DNA of 43,286 bases. It comes from an uncultured Bacillales bacterium (GTDB lineage: Bacteria > Bacillota_I > Bacilli_A > RFN20 > CAG-826). This document shows, in pieces, positions 1 to 9,324 of the stretch. The notes below the pieces were generated by a model. The model saw only the letters and a list, made by a program, of their open reading frames with translations, made no database searches and was not told the DNA's origin. A program made the position numbers and the translations under genes. The DNA lies in the NCBI GenBank assembly GCA_946411895.1, contig CAMKFP010000002.1, positions 1-43,286 on the forward strand, written 5' to 3'. Within the stretch, counting starts at the first letter, position 1, and each line of letters begins with the position of its first letter.

Positions 1-2723
1 CCAGCGGAGATTTCTTTATCTCTTCAAATAAAGATAATCCAGCGACAAGTGGAGAGTATTCTCACCCCATCAAAAGCGGTGAAATAAAAGGTGCTATTTT
101 ACATTTAGATAATAAAACCACATATACATATGATAAGGAGATCGATTTCTCCACCTATGATTTCAATAACTCATTTATTGATTTTGTTGTTGATACTTCT
201 AAACAATCTACCTCTGATTTAGAAACTTTCACCATTAGATTAACCGATACAGAAGATAATACCAACTATGTTGATATTACCATCACCGACAGCGGTCCTA
301 TTGATGATGATGGTAAAGGCTGCTATATGCTAGCTGGCTCAAATAGCCAATTTAAAACTGGCTATGAAGGTGGTAAAAACGGTCGACTCCATATTTCTAA
401 ATACGGCGCTAATGTCGGTATGTCTTTTAGAGATTTACCCGAAAAAGGCGCGCAGACAGCAAGTCTATATTTTGATTATTCCAATAGAGCTCTATATGCT
501 TTCCCAATGTATGGAATGTATGGAGATGAAAGAAAAAATATTATCACCGATTTAGATGATAAAGAAATCTATGGCTCCACGATCTGGGAAGGCTTTAAGA
601 GCAATAAGGCCACACTATCTATCTTTGCTAACTCCTTATACTCTAATAGCGCTTCTCTCATTGTCAGTAAAATCAACAATGTAGATTTATCTCCACTCGA
701 CTTTGTCGATACTGATTCTCCTGTTATTAAGATTAATTATGATGGTCAATCCTCTATTAGTGTCCCGAAAGCCAGTGTGAATAAACCTTATAAGATTTTT
801 GATGCTATTATCTCTGATAATTTTGATACTCATTTATCTTATGCGACTTATGTCACCTATTTAGATGTAGAACATAGTAAAACAAAAGATATCAGTGTTA
901 ATAATGGTTATTTCACCCCCACTCAAGCGGGTAAATATACGATTACTTATCTTGCCAAAGATCACTCTAACAATGAGGCAACAAGAACTTTAGATATCAC
1001 CGCTATTAACGATGCGCAACAGATGAGCATTCATCTAGATGAGGATATCATTAATACCGAATTATATTCCTTAGTTAAACTACCATCTATTGACTATGTC
1101 AAAACAAAGATTATAGGTGGAAGCGGCAAGCCTTCTGTTGAACGATATATTCTTGATGCTCATAATAAACTCATTGAAATTGAAGGGGATGATTTCATTC
1201 CAAAAGAGATTGGTGAATATAGAGTCTATTATCAAGCCACAGACTATATTAGAAATATCACTACTCAAGTTTTAAAAGTGAATGTGGAAGACCCGGGTCA
1301 TCCAGTCTTTATTGAAAAAATTGCTTTACCGAGAATTTTAATTAAAGGGCACACCTATACTCTACCAAGATATAAAGGTGCAGAAGTTATTGATGGAGAA
1401 ACCGTTTATCTTGACTCCAGTATCTACGTTAATGGTGCCTTATTAGATAATAACTCCTTCACCGCTGGTGATAACTGTTTAATCAAATACAAATTAAAAG
1501 GTACTAGGGGAGAAATAGAAGAAGGTGACTATGTCACTGTTACTAATTGTGGCAACCCCATTGATCAAAGAAGCTATTTCTATGGTGATTTATCTTCAAC
1601 ATTGAATTTTAACGACATTACTTTATCTACTTCATCTAGTAATTCCTCTTCTTTATTTGCCTCAGTTCTTCCATATAACAACTTATATGTGAAATTTGCT
1701 TTTGATAAAGAGAATTTCCACGCTGGTGAATTAGTCTATAGATTTACTGATTCCACTAATGAGAATAATTCGTTATCCTTCCATATCAAGGTGAAAAACG
1801 GTAATACATATATTTCCCTGGGAAATGATGAAACCGAATATTTATTCGCTAGTTTCTTAGAAGAAGATAATGAGACTTATGTCATTGATTTTTCTAACAC
1901 CACCAAAACATTAAAAGACGTTTTGCATAAAGAAGTAGAAATCGTTAAATATAACGATCAAGGTGATCAATTCACTGGCTTTAAAGCGGGTGTCTATCTT
2001 GATATTTCTTTAAATAACGTCAGTCAATACTCTGAATTTAAAATCTTAACAATCTCCAATCAACCATTTGGTCATTTAGGCGCGGAAAATTATACCGATT
2101 TTGCTGATCCTGTTGTCATCTTTTCTAAAGCATTCATCAATGAACAAAACTACATGGAAAACGCTTATGTGCCTTCTGTCGAAGTCTTTGATGTTCTTAG
2201 TAATGTTAATGTCACTGTCAGCGTTCGCGCGCCTGATGGAACATTTAAACTAAAAGATAAAGACGCTACCGTTGATAACTCGTTCCTTCTTGATCAGTTT
2301 GGTAATTACATCATTAACTACCGTGCGATTGATGAAGAAGGCAATTCGTCTACTTTCTCTAGAAAGATTGTCGTCTTTGATTTTGTCGCCCCTACTCTTA
2401 CTATCACTGGCTCAATAAAATCATCATATTCGATTAACTCTTCTATTAAGATTCCTGCATATGAAGTGAGCGATAATCTTAATGATTATACTCTTGATAT
2501 CTTCCTCATCATGCCTGATAGTCAAGAAAGACTACTTATTATTGATAGAAACGGAGAAGTCACTTCATATTTAGATAAAGATAGCATGTACTATAACTCC
2601 TCCTTTAAGGTGAATGCGACAACCTTTAAAGCGGAGCAATATGGTCATTATATCTTAAGATATGTCGCTTATGATTCTTACTTTAATAAGACAGTAAAAG
2701 AACTGAGCTTTGAAGTCAAATAG
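1..2723 (+). CDS. Large secreted/surface protein, 5'-truncated by the window edge; jelly-roll-like N-region plus four Ig-like (DUF5011/HYR-type) repeats
   Basis: The frame is open from nt 3 to TAG 2721-2723, with no stop upstream of the track's first ATG at 327. The real start therefore lies outside the window. Four repeats end in Y-x-[IV]-x-Y-x-A-x-D: YTITYLAKDHSNNEATRTLDI, YRVYYQATDYIRNITTQVLKV, YIINYRAIDEEGNSSTFSRKIVV, YILRYVAYDSYFNKTVKELSF. Confidence 0.75.
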   Translation, partial: SGDFFISSNKDNPATSGEYSHPIKSGEIKGAILHLDNKTTYTYDKEIDFSTYDFNNSFIDFVVDTSKQSTSDLETFTIRLTDTEDNTNYVDITITDSGPIDDDGKGCYMLAGSNSQFKTGYEGGKNGRLHISKYGANVGMSFRDLPEKGAQTASLYFDYSNRALYAFPMYGMYGDERKNIITDLDDKEIYGSTIWEGFKSNKATLSIFANSLYSNSASLIVSKINNVDLSPLDFVDTDSPVIKINYDGQSSISVPKASVNKPYKIFDAIISDNFDTHLSYATYVTYLDVEHSKTKDISVNNGYFTPTQAGKYTITYLAKDHSNNEATRTLDITAINDAQQMSIHLDEDIINTELYSLVKLPSIDYVKTKIIGGSGKPSVERYILDAHNKLIEIEGDDFIPKEIGEYRVYYQATDYIRNITTQVLKVNVEDPGHPVFIEKIALPRILIKGHTYTLPRYKGAEVIDGETVYLDSSIYVNGALLDNNSFTAGDNCLIKYKLKGTRGEIEEGDYVTVTNCGNPIDQRSYFYGDLSSTLNFNDITLSTSSSNSSSLFASVLPYNNLYVKFAFDKENFHAGELVYRFTDSTNENNSLSFHIKVKNGNTYISLGNDETEYLFASFLEEDNETYVIDFSNTTKTLKDVLHKEVEIVKYNDQGDQFTGFKAGVYLDISLNNVSQYSEFKILTISNQPFGHLGAENYTDFADPVVIFSKAFINEQNYMENAYVPSVEVFDVLSNVNVTVSVRAPDGTFKLKDKDATVDNSFLLDQFGNYIINYRAIDEEGNSSTFSRKIVVFDFVAPTLTITGSIKSSYSINSSIKIPAYEVSDNLNDYTLDIFLIMPDSQERLLIIDRNGEVTSYLDKDSMYYNSSFKVNATTFKAEQYGHYILRYVAYDSYFNKTVKELSFEVK

Positions 2724-2736
2724 GAGGATAGTAAAA

Positions 2737-4674
2737 ATGAAAAAAGCATTAACTAAAATATTATCATTTATCGCTATTGGTTCCTTTCTAGTTGGCTGTC
2801 AAGGAAGAGGCTCTAATAAAAATAGCGACACTAATCAAGAGCCCGATGTTATTAAAGATAAATATATCGTTAATAATTCTCGTACCGATTATTCTATTGT
2901 CATCCCTAAAGAAGCTAATAAGAACGAGAGATCTGCTGCGGAAACACTAGTGACTTATTTAGGTAAATCTTCAGGAGCAAAATTCGCCATCATTAGCGAT
3001 ATTGATGTCACTAGCAATATGCACTATATCTCTTTGGGGAGAACCACTTTATTTGCTAGACAATTTGAAGATGTCTCAATGGCAAAATTAGATGATAAGA
3101 TTTCTTCTTATTTTATCTCCACGAAGAGTGAAAATATCTATATCTACTCTAATCCAAACGAAAGAGGAGAAGGTACTTTATATGGTGCTTATGATTTACT
3201 TCATAAGCTTGTCGATTATGAATATTACGCTAGCGATGAGATCTATTTTTCCTTCAAAACCTCGATTAATTTATTAAAATACGATAATTTCTTCATTGAA
3301 CCGACATTTGACGGGCGAAGCATCGGTAACTTCCATCTCATCTATAATCAAGACGTTTGTGATCATCTTCGTACGATTAATCAATATCGCGGATCAGAGT
3401 GGTATAGCCAAACATATGGCCATAGCCAAGTCACTCAATTTGTCCGCCCTGAAGATGTCGTTGATGGAGTGCCGCTATATCAATCTCATAAAGATTGGTT
3501 CTCTAATAAAAGTGCCACCAAAGCGGAAACGACAAACAATCAACTTTGTTGGTCTGCTGGTGAAGAATTAGAAGAATACGTCGCCAATAGATTTATCCAC
3601 TATTTCCAAATCAATAAAGAGGCGACCTACTTTATGTTTGGTCAAGAAGATAACTCCAACTGGTTCTGCGACTGTGAAAAATGTCAGCGTGCCTTAGAAG
3701 AATACGCAGTGAATTATGCTGGATTACAAATCATCTTTATGAACCACGTCATTGCTAAAACAGAAGCGTGGCTCAAAGAAAACCAACCAGGAAGACAAGT
3801 TCGATATGTTGTCTTTGCCTATTACGCCACTAAAAACGCTCCATGCGTGGAGCATAAAGGCAGCTGGGTACCCGCTAATGATTATGTTGTTCCACATAAG
3901 GACTTATATATCTTATATGCTCCTATTACTTGTAATTTTGCGGTCCCTTTAGAAAACGAATACTATAACTCCAATACATTACTTGAATTAAAACAGTGGA
4001 ATGCTGTTGCAGGTGGAAGAGTGATGGTCTATTTCTATGACACTAACTTTAGACACTACTTTGCTAATTTCTATAACTTTGGCACTGTAAAAGCCATGTA
4101 TCAAACCGCTAAAGAACAAGGTGTCACATATATGTATACCCAAGGTGCAACTGACTCTAATACCGCTGGCTTTTCTGATATGCGTGAATATGTCGAAAGT
4201 AAATTGATGTGGAACATCAATCTTGACTATGAAGAATTAGCTAAAGACTTCATTATTCACTACTTTAAAGACGCTAGTGAAGAGATCTATGAATACTATC
4301 AAACAATGAAAGATCGTCTTACGGAATATCATGTCACCCATAATGAAGGTGGAGGTATCTACGCTGGTATTGCTAATACTGATATCTATCCTTATTCCGT
4401 TTTAAGATATTTCACCACTCTATTTGATAGAGCCATGGAACAAATTGATGGTCATAAAGACACTAATCCAGACTTATATAACACCTTAAAAGCGAGAATT
4501 ATGAGAGAATATCTCTCCGTTATTTATCTAAAGATTACTTTATGTAAAGCTGATCTTACCAACGAAGAAAAAGAAGAAATGAAAGAAATCTTTAAATACT
4601 ATACCGGATATTTCTCCATCACTAGACAAAGTGAGAACGGCACCGTTATCAATCCGGATGTCTTATTCGATTAG
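2737..4674 (+). CDS. Lipoprotein, DUF4838-like putative glycoside hydrolase
   Basis: AGGAGG at 2722-2727 lies 9 nt before ATG 2737; the track's 2710 start is a TTG overlapping the upstream gene. The signal peptide and lipobox are MKKALTKILSFIAIGSFLVGC. The N-terminal segment YSIVIPKEANKNERSAAETLVTYLGKSSGAKF and the WFCDCEKCQ motif resemble DUF4838 as I remember it. The family name is unverified. Confidence 0.7.
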   Translation: MKKALTKILSFIAIGSFLVGCQGRGSNKNSDTNQEPDVIKDKYIVNNSRTDYSIVIPKEANKNERSAAETLVTYLGKSSGAKFAIISDIDVTSNMHYISLGRTTLFARQFEDVSMAKLDDKISSYFISTKSENIYIYSNPNERGEGTLYGAYDLLHKLVDYEYYASDEIYFSFKTSINLLKYDNFFIEPTFDGRSIGNFHLIYNQDVCDHLRTINQYRGSEWYSQTYGHSQVTQFVRPEDVVDGVPLYQSHKDWFSNKSATKAETTNNQLCWSAGEELEEYVANRFIHYFQINKEATYFMFGQEDNSNWFCDCEKCQRALEEYAVNYAGLQIIFMNHVIAKTEAWLKENQPGRQVRYVVFAYYATKNAPCVEHKGSWVPANDYVVPHKDLYILYAPITCNFAVPLENEYYNSNTLLELKQWNAVAGGRVMVYFYDTNFRHYFANFYNFGTVKAMYQTAKEQGVTYMYTQGATDSNTAGFSDMREYVESKLMWNINLDYEELAKDFIIHYFKDASEEIYEYYQTMKDRLTEYHVTHNEGGGIYAGIANTDIYPYSVLRYFTTLFDRAMEQIDGHKDTNPDLYNTLKARIMREYLSVIYLKITLCKADLTNEEKEEMKEIFKYYTGYFSITRQSENGTVINPDVLFD

Positions 4675-4685
4675 GAGGAAAGAAA

Positions 4686-5270
4686 ATGAAAAGATTACTT
4701 TTAGCCATTTTATCTCTTCCTTGTCTAGTTTTAGGGGGATGTAATAAATCACCTAGTGTAGAGCCACCTATTGAACACTCCATTAATGTCCCAATTACTG
4801 AGGTCTCTATTTTAAAAGGCGACCAATACACCATCCCAATTGAAATCATCAAGCAAACAATCGTTGTTTGTCGTAGCAATGATGAAGAGGTTGCTACTGT
4901 GACCCGTGAAGGTGTTATCACCGCGATTAAAGAAGGCGAGACCACCATTAGCATTTCTGGTGGGCAAGATCACTTCACTGTTTTTGTGACCGTCTTAGAA
5001 AGAACAGCAGAAGATAGCTTACAAATCTATATGCCTAAATATGACTTCACTTTAGCAAAAAACGATACCTATATTCTCCCTATCTCCGTGAGATATGGTA
5101 ACGAAGAAGTGAGTGACGCCACTTTTACCTATGTATACGAAGTAGAAGGAATCGTTTCTATTTCTTCTATTACCCTCACCGCTTTAAAAGAAGGGACCAC
5201 TAAGTGTGTATTAACCGCGACATATAACAATCTTGAAGCGAGTGAAATCTTTACTGTGACAGTCTACTAA
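4686..5270 (+). CDS. Small lipoprotein with two bacterial Ig-like (Big_2) domains
   Basis: AGGAGG at 4673-4678 precedes ATG 4686. The lipobox is LVLGGC. Two Big_2-like units are visible, including ATVTREGVITAIKEGETTISISG and ITLTALKEGTTKCVLTATY. Confidence 0.8.
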   Translation: MKRLLLAILSLPCLVLGGCNKSPSVEPPIEHSINVPITEVSILKGDQYTIPIEIIKQTIVVCRSNDEEVATVTREGVITAIKEGETTISISGGQDHFTVFVTVLERTAEDSLQIYMPKYDFTLAKNDTYILPISVRYGNEEVSDATFTYVYEVEGIVSISSITLTALKEGTTKCVLTATYNNLEASEIFTVTVY

Positions 5271-6007
5271 TGAGCGAGATTAGATTAAATAATGTTTCCA
5301 TTTATTATCAAAACAAAAAAGAGATTGTTACTGCTGTCGATGAAATCTCTTTGTCCTTTCATAATCATCAAGTAAACGTTTTGATTGGTTATTCAGGATG
5401 CGGTAAATCTTCGATTTTAAACGCGATAAGCGGGGCAATTCTATTTGATGGAGAGATTTATCTAGATGATAAAAACATTAAAGAAATTGCTGTGCAAAAA
5501 AGAAATATCTCCTATGTGAATCAAGATATAGTTCTTTATCCTCATCTAACGGTCTATGACAATATCGCTTATCCCTTAAAACTATTAAAGCTTCCAAGAG
5601 AAGAAATAGATATAAGAGTAAGAGAGCTCGCTAATGAGTTAGAGATCGATTACTTATTAACTAGAAAGCCTAAATATCTCTCAATTGGTCAACAACAAAG
5701 AGTGGCTATTGCTCGCGCGTTTATTAAAAAACCAGACATCATTTTAATGGATGAACCTTTATCGAATTTAGATAAAGAAACCTCTGATGAAATCAAAAAG
5801 TATATCAAAGCCCTTTTAGAAGAGACCGAAGCTACCTGTATCTACGTTTCTCATAACATCACTGACGCTTTATATCTCGCGGATTCGGTGTTCGTGATGA
5901 ATGAAGGAAAATTAGTGGGAGAATATACTCCTAAAGAATTCTTAAAATGCGATAACGAGATTGTCGCTAAATTAAAGGTTGATTTACCTCATGAAAGCCA
6001 AGACTAG
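5270..6007 (+). CDS. ABC transporter ATP-binding protein, NBD only (MalK/MsmX-type head, no C-terminal regulatory domain)
   Basis: Motifs present are Walker A GYSGCGKSS, Q-loop NQD, signature LSIGQQQRV (G to I deviation from LSGGQ), Walker B IILMDEPLSNLD and H-loop YVSHN. The start overlaps the upstream stop as TAATG (5268-5272). Confidence 0.9.
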   Translation: MSEIRLNNVSIYYQNKKEIVTAVDEISLSFHNHQVNVLIGYSGCGKSSILNAISGAILFDGEIYLDDKNIKEIAVQKRNISYVNQDIVLYPHLTVYDNIAYPLKLLKLPREEIDIRVRELANELEIDYLLTRKPKYLSIGQQQRVAIARAFIKKPDIILMDEPLSNLDKETSDEIKKYIKALLEETEATCIYVSHNITDALYLADSVFVMNEGKLVGEYTPKEFLKCDNEIVAKLKVDLPHESQD

Positions 6008-6812
6008 TAAGATTGACTATTCTAAAGCCATGCTCCCGAGAAGTCGAAGAGAACAACTCGGAGATTGTTTTAAAATGAGCTATCCGGTCTTACTTAAATG
6101 TGGACTGCTACTTCTTTTGTTCTTCCTTCCTCTACTTGCGTACTCCCTATTTATGGATTTCTATTACCTAACTTTGATGGATCAAGCCAGTGAAGAAATT
6201 GAACAAACTAGACTAATCTTTTATTACATTCTCACTGGAGGGATTGTTTTGTTATGTTTACCAGTGATTATCGCTATAAGCGGAATTAGCCACGTATTAC
6301 GCAATTTAATCTGGGGAGAGGGAATATATCTCGGAAGTGATTTTAAGGCTGGAATCAGGCAAAATGCCCCGAAAAACCTCGTGTTTGGTTTAATAGTTGG
6401 CTTACTATTTGCTATTTCTTACTTTGTTGCGACATTTTTTACCAATTCGCTGATCATCTTTTTCCCACTTATCATCTTTTTAATTGTCTTCTTCCCTGTC
6501 TATTTTTGGATGATGTTTTTAAATAATACCTATTCCTCAAAATGGACAGTGTTAATAAAGAACAGCTTCTTCTTTTATATCAAGACGATTGGTTGGTCTT
6601 TAGTAGGCATTCTAATGCCATTAGTGCTTGTCTTATTGATCTTTGTGCCATTCTCTTTTATCTGGCTAAAATATATCTTTTTAGTCCTCTTCATTGTCTT
6701 TGTTTTTCCCATTATCTTGTTGATAATGACTTTATACACAACCGCGAAATTTGATGAGTATATCAATATTGAGCACTATCCCGATTATTACTTAAAGGGA
6801 TTAAACCATTAA
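5991..6812 (+). CDS. Polytopic membrane protein, DUF624/YesL-like
   Basis: About six hydrophobic segments are present. It is a paralogue of the ORF at 22961-23788. Both share an N-terminal basic stretch followed by a hydrophobic helix, and both share the C-terminal tail YPDYYxKGL. I prefer ATG 5991 over the in-frame TTG 5979. It overlaps the ATPase gene by 17 nt. Confidence 0.7.
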   Translation: MKAKTSKIDYSKAMLPRSRREQLGDCFKMSYPVLLKCGLLLLLFFLPLLAYSLFMDFYYLTLMDQASEEIEQTRLIFYYILTGGIVLLCLPVIIAISGISHVLRNLIWGEGIYLGSDFKAGIRQNAPKNLVFGLIVGLLFAISYFVATFFTNSLIIFFPLIIFLIVFFPVYFWMMFLNNTYSSKWTVLIKNSFFFYIKTIGWSLVGILMPLVLVLLIFVPFSFIWLKYIFLVLFIVFVFPIILLIMTLYTTAKFDEYINIEHYPDYYLKGLNH

Positions 6813-6828
6813 TCTAGGAGGTTTACTT

Positions 6829-9324
6829 ATGAGCAAAAAGATTCTTCACTTAATCTGTAATTCCCACATTGATCCGGTCTGGCAATGGGATTGGGATGAA
6901 GGGGCATCCGCTTCTTTAGCCACGTTCTATGCGGCCTGCAATCTACTTGATAAGTATGATTTTGTCTTTTGTCATAACGAAGTTATCGTCTATGAATATA
7001 TCGAAAAATATGACCCAGAGCTCTTTAAGAGAATTCAAAAATTAGTCGCTGAAGGAAAATGGAAAATTATGGGTGGATGGTATTGCCAACCAGACTGCCT
7101 TGTTCCTTCTGGAGAATCATATATGAGGCAGATTTCTTTAGGAAGAGAATACTTCTTAGAGAAGTTTAACGCTCGACCCACAGTGGCGTTAAATTTTGAT
7201 AGTTTTGGTCACACAAAAGGATTACCACAAATTCTAAAGAAATGCGGTTATGAAGGCTATATCTTCTGTCGCCCGATGCCGTGGTATGTCTCTATACCAA
7301 ATTTTAAAGATTACCCACACGGTCCTTTCCTTTGGGAAGGCTATGATGGTAGTCGCATCAAAGCCTTAAGATATGAAGATAAGTGGCATAACTATACTTC
7401 TCCTTTTGGAGAAGCTAGACAAGCCATCTTTAGAAAATATGAGCAATATAAAGATTTAGATATCATCCCTATTTTATGGGGTGTTGGTAACCACGGCGGA
7501 ACGTCTAGTGAGAAAGATATAGAAGACATCATCGAACTCCAAGACGAGAAAAAAGGTGAATGGACAATGATTCATTCCACATTGGAAGATTATTTTGATA
7601 GTGTTCACCCCACAAATGTCGAGAAAAGATACATCTTTGTCTTCTCAAAAGCCTATTCTTCTGTCAACGCGATTAAACTAGTCCATGACCAATTAGAAAA
7701 TGCTTTATACCGCGCGGAAAGAATCTGCACCACTGCTGATTTAGCAGGCAAATATCATTATGATAAAGAAATCTTTAAAAACGCGGAAAAAACACTTTGC
7801 CAAATCGAATTCCACGATGTCCTAGCGGGCACGGCGATTAAAACAGGCATGGACTCTTCAATTAGAAAAGCTCATCACGCGATAGAAGAATTAAAAGGCG
7901 AGATGTTTAAAGCCTATTATGCTTTAAGTATCAATTTACCCGCCCCAGCACCACACGATGATAATTTGGTGTTATTAAATCCATATCCATATGAACTAAA
8001 TACTTATGTAGAGATGGAAATCTATCCACCAGTTTATACATCCGAAGGAAATCAATATGTCATTACTTTATATGACATCAATCATCAGCCAGTCAAATAT
8101 CAAATCTTAAAAGAGGAGAGCAACATCGCTACTCAGCATAGAGTAAAGCTCTTATTTAAGTGCTCTATCCCGGCTTTATCTGTTACCAATTACAGCGCTC
8201 ATATCGAATTTGAAGACGCTAAACAAAAACCAGTTTATGAAGTAAAAGGTGATATTGTTATCAAAGATAAGATTAAAGAAGTAAGAATCAATAAAGAAAC
8301 TGGCTTCATCTCTTCCTTTAAGGTTAAGGGTAAAGAGTATCTTTCTAGTGATGCTTCTGTTCCAATGTTCTTTGATGACAACAGCGATCCTTGGGGTTGG
8401 AGATTATATGATCTCACAGCGACTTCTTTCACTAAAGAAGGATGGCCATTCGAAAAACTTAAGAGCACCTTAAAAGCGATGAAACTCGATAATCGTCATA
8501 AAGGAGCCACTAAAGATATTGATGGACTCACCATTCTCGAAGAGGGTGATTATCTAACACAAGTCCAAGCCATCTTTTATAAAGATGAATCAAGATTAGT
8601 TGTTAACTATAAACTATATAAAGATGTTCCATATATCGATGTCGATTATCATGTCGTATGGAACGAATATAATAAGGGCTTAAAGATTAAGTTCCCACTT
8701 AATGGAGAAGCTAAATTCTTCGCTCAGATGGCGTATGGAATAGAAAAATACGGGGCTACCGGTATTGAATATCCCACCAATAGATATGTGGGTGTCATCA
8801 ATCAAGATGATGCATTTGTTATCTATAATAGAAGCGGTATTCATAGCGCCTCTAAGAAAGGTAAGAATTTATATCTAACTCTTCTTAATGGTGCCTCTTA
8901 TTGCGCTCATCCAACTTTTGATTATCTCCCTTTAACTCCTAAAGGTAGATATGATAGCGGTATCGAACAAGGCCCTCATGATTTTAGCCTTAGAATGGGT
9001 GTTAATCCTCTTGATGAATGCGAAAGAATCTCAAAGGAATTTAATGAACCAATTTACGGCACTCTTTTCTTCCCACACGGAAAGGAAAAACCTGTTCAGG
9101 ATATAATTCACGTTTCTAATCCAAAAATCGTTGTAAACGCCTTAAAACGACTAAATAATGGTCATTACCTTATCCGTTTATATAACGGTAGCTTTAAATC
9201 TGATACAACTGAGTTAGTGATCAAGGGTATAAAGAAAAAGATCTCATTCAAGAAGTTTGAATTTAAGACCTTTGTCTTTGATGGTAAATCTATTATTGAA
9301 TCAGAAGATTCATCACTTTACTAA
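6829..9324 (+). CDS. GH38 alpha-mannosidase, cytoplasmic (no signal peptide)
   Basis: AGGAGG at 6816-6821 precedes the start. The N-terminus LHLICNSHIDPVWQWDWDEG, the GGWYCQPDC segment and the LNFDSFGH nucleophile region are classic GH38 core motifs. Confidence 0.92.
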   Translation: MSKKILHLICNSHIDPVWQWDWDEGASASLATFYAACNLLDKYDFVFCHNEVIVYEYIEKYDPELFKRIQKLVAEGKWKIMGGWYCQPDCLVPSGESYMRQISLGREYFLEKFNARPTVALNFDSFGHTKGLPQILKKCGYEGYIFCRPMPWYVSIPNFKDYPHGPFLWEGYDGSRIKALRYEDKWHNYTSPFGEARQAIFRKYEQYKDLDIIPILWGVGNHGGTSSEKDIEDIIELQDEKKGEWTMIHSTLEDYFDSVHPTNVEKRYIFVFSKAYSSVNAIKLVHDQLENALYRAERICTTADLAGKYHYDKEIFKNAEKTLCQIEFHDVLAGTAIKTGMDSSIRKAHHAIEELKGEMFKAYYALSINLPAPAPHDDNLVLLNPYPYELNTYVEMEIYPPVYTSEGNQYVITLYDINHQPVKYQILKEESNIATQHRVKLLFKCSIPALSVTNYSAHIEFEDAKQKPVYEVKGDIVIKDKIKEVRINKETGFISSFKVKGKEYLSSDASVPMFFDDNSDPWGWRLYDLTATSFTKEGWPFEKLKSTLKAMKLDNRHKGATKDIDGLTILEEGDYLTQVQAIFYKDESRLVVNYKLYKDVPYIDVDYHVVWNEYNKGLKIKFPLNGEAKFFAQMAYGIEKYGATGIEYPTNRYVGVINQDDAFVIYNRSGIHSASKKGKNLYLTLLNGASYCAHPTFDYLPLTPKGRYDSGIEQGPHDFSLRMGVNPLDECERISKEFNEPIYGTLFFPHGKEKPVQDIIHVSNPKIVVNALKRLNNGHYLIRLYNGSFKSDTTELVIKGIKKKISFKKFEFKTFVFDGKSIIESEDSSLY

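Noticed and set aside
364-1268. Short track ORFs 364-555 (+) and 1080-1268 (-) lie inside the first large gene.
   Set aside because: They are fully embedded in, or antisense to, a long ORF with clear domain repeats. They have no SD, and their low-complexity composition is typical of off-frame translation in AT-rich DNA.
3092-4954. Track ORFs 3092-3277, 3296-3571, 3752-3952 (+) and 4649-4954 (-) fall in this region.
   Set aside because: They are off-frame or antisense within the DUF4838-like and Big_2 lipoprotein genes, and I recognise no motifs in them.
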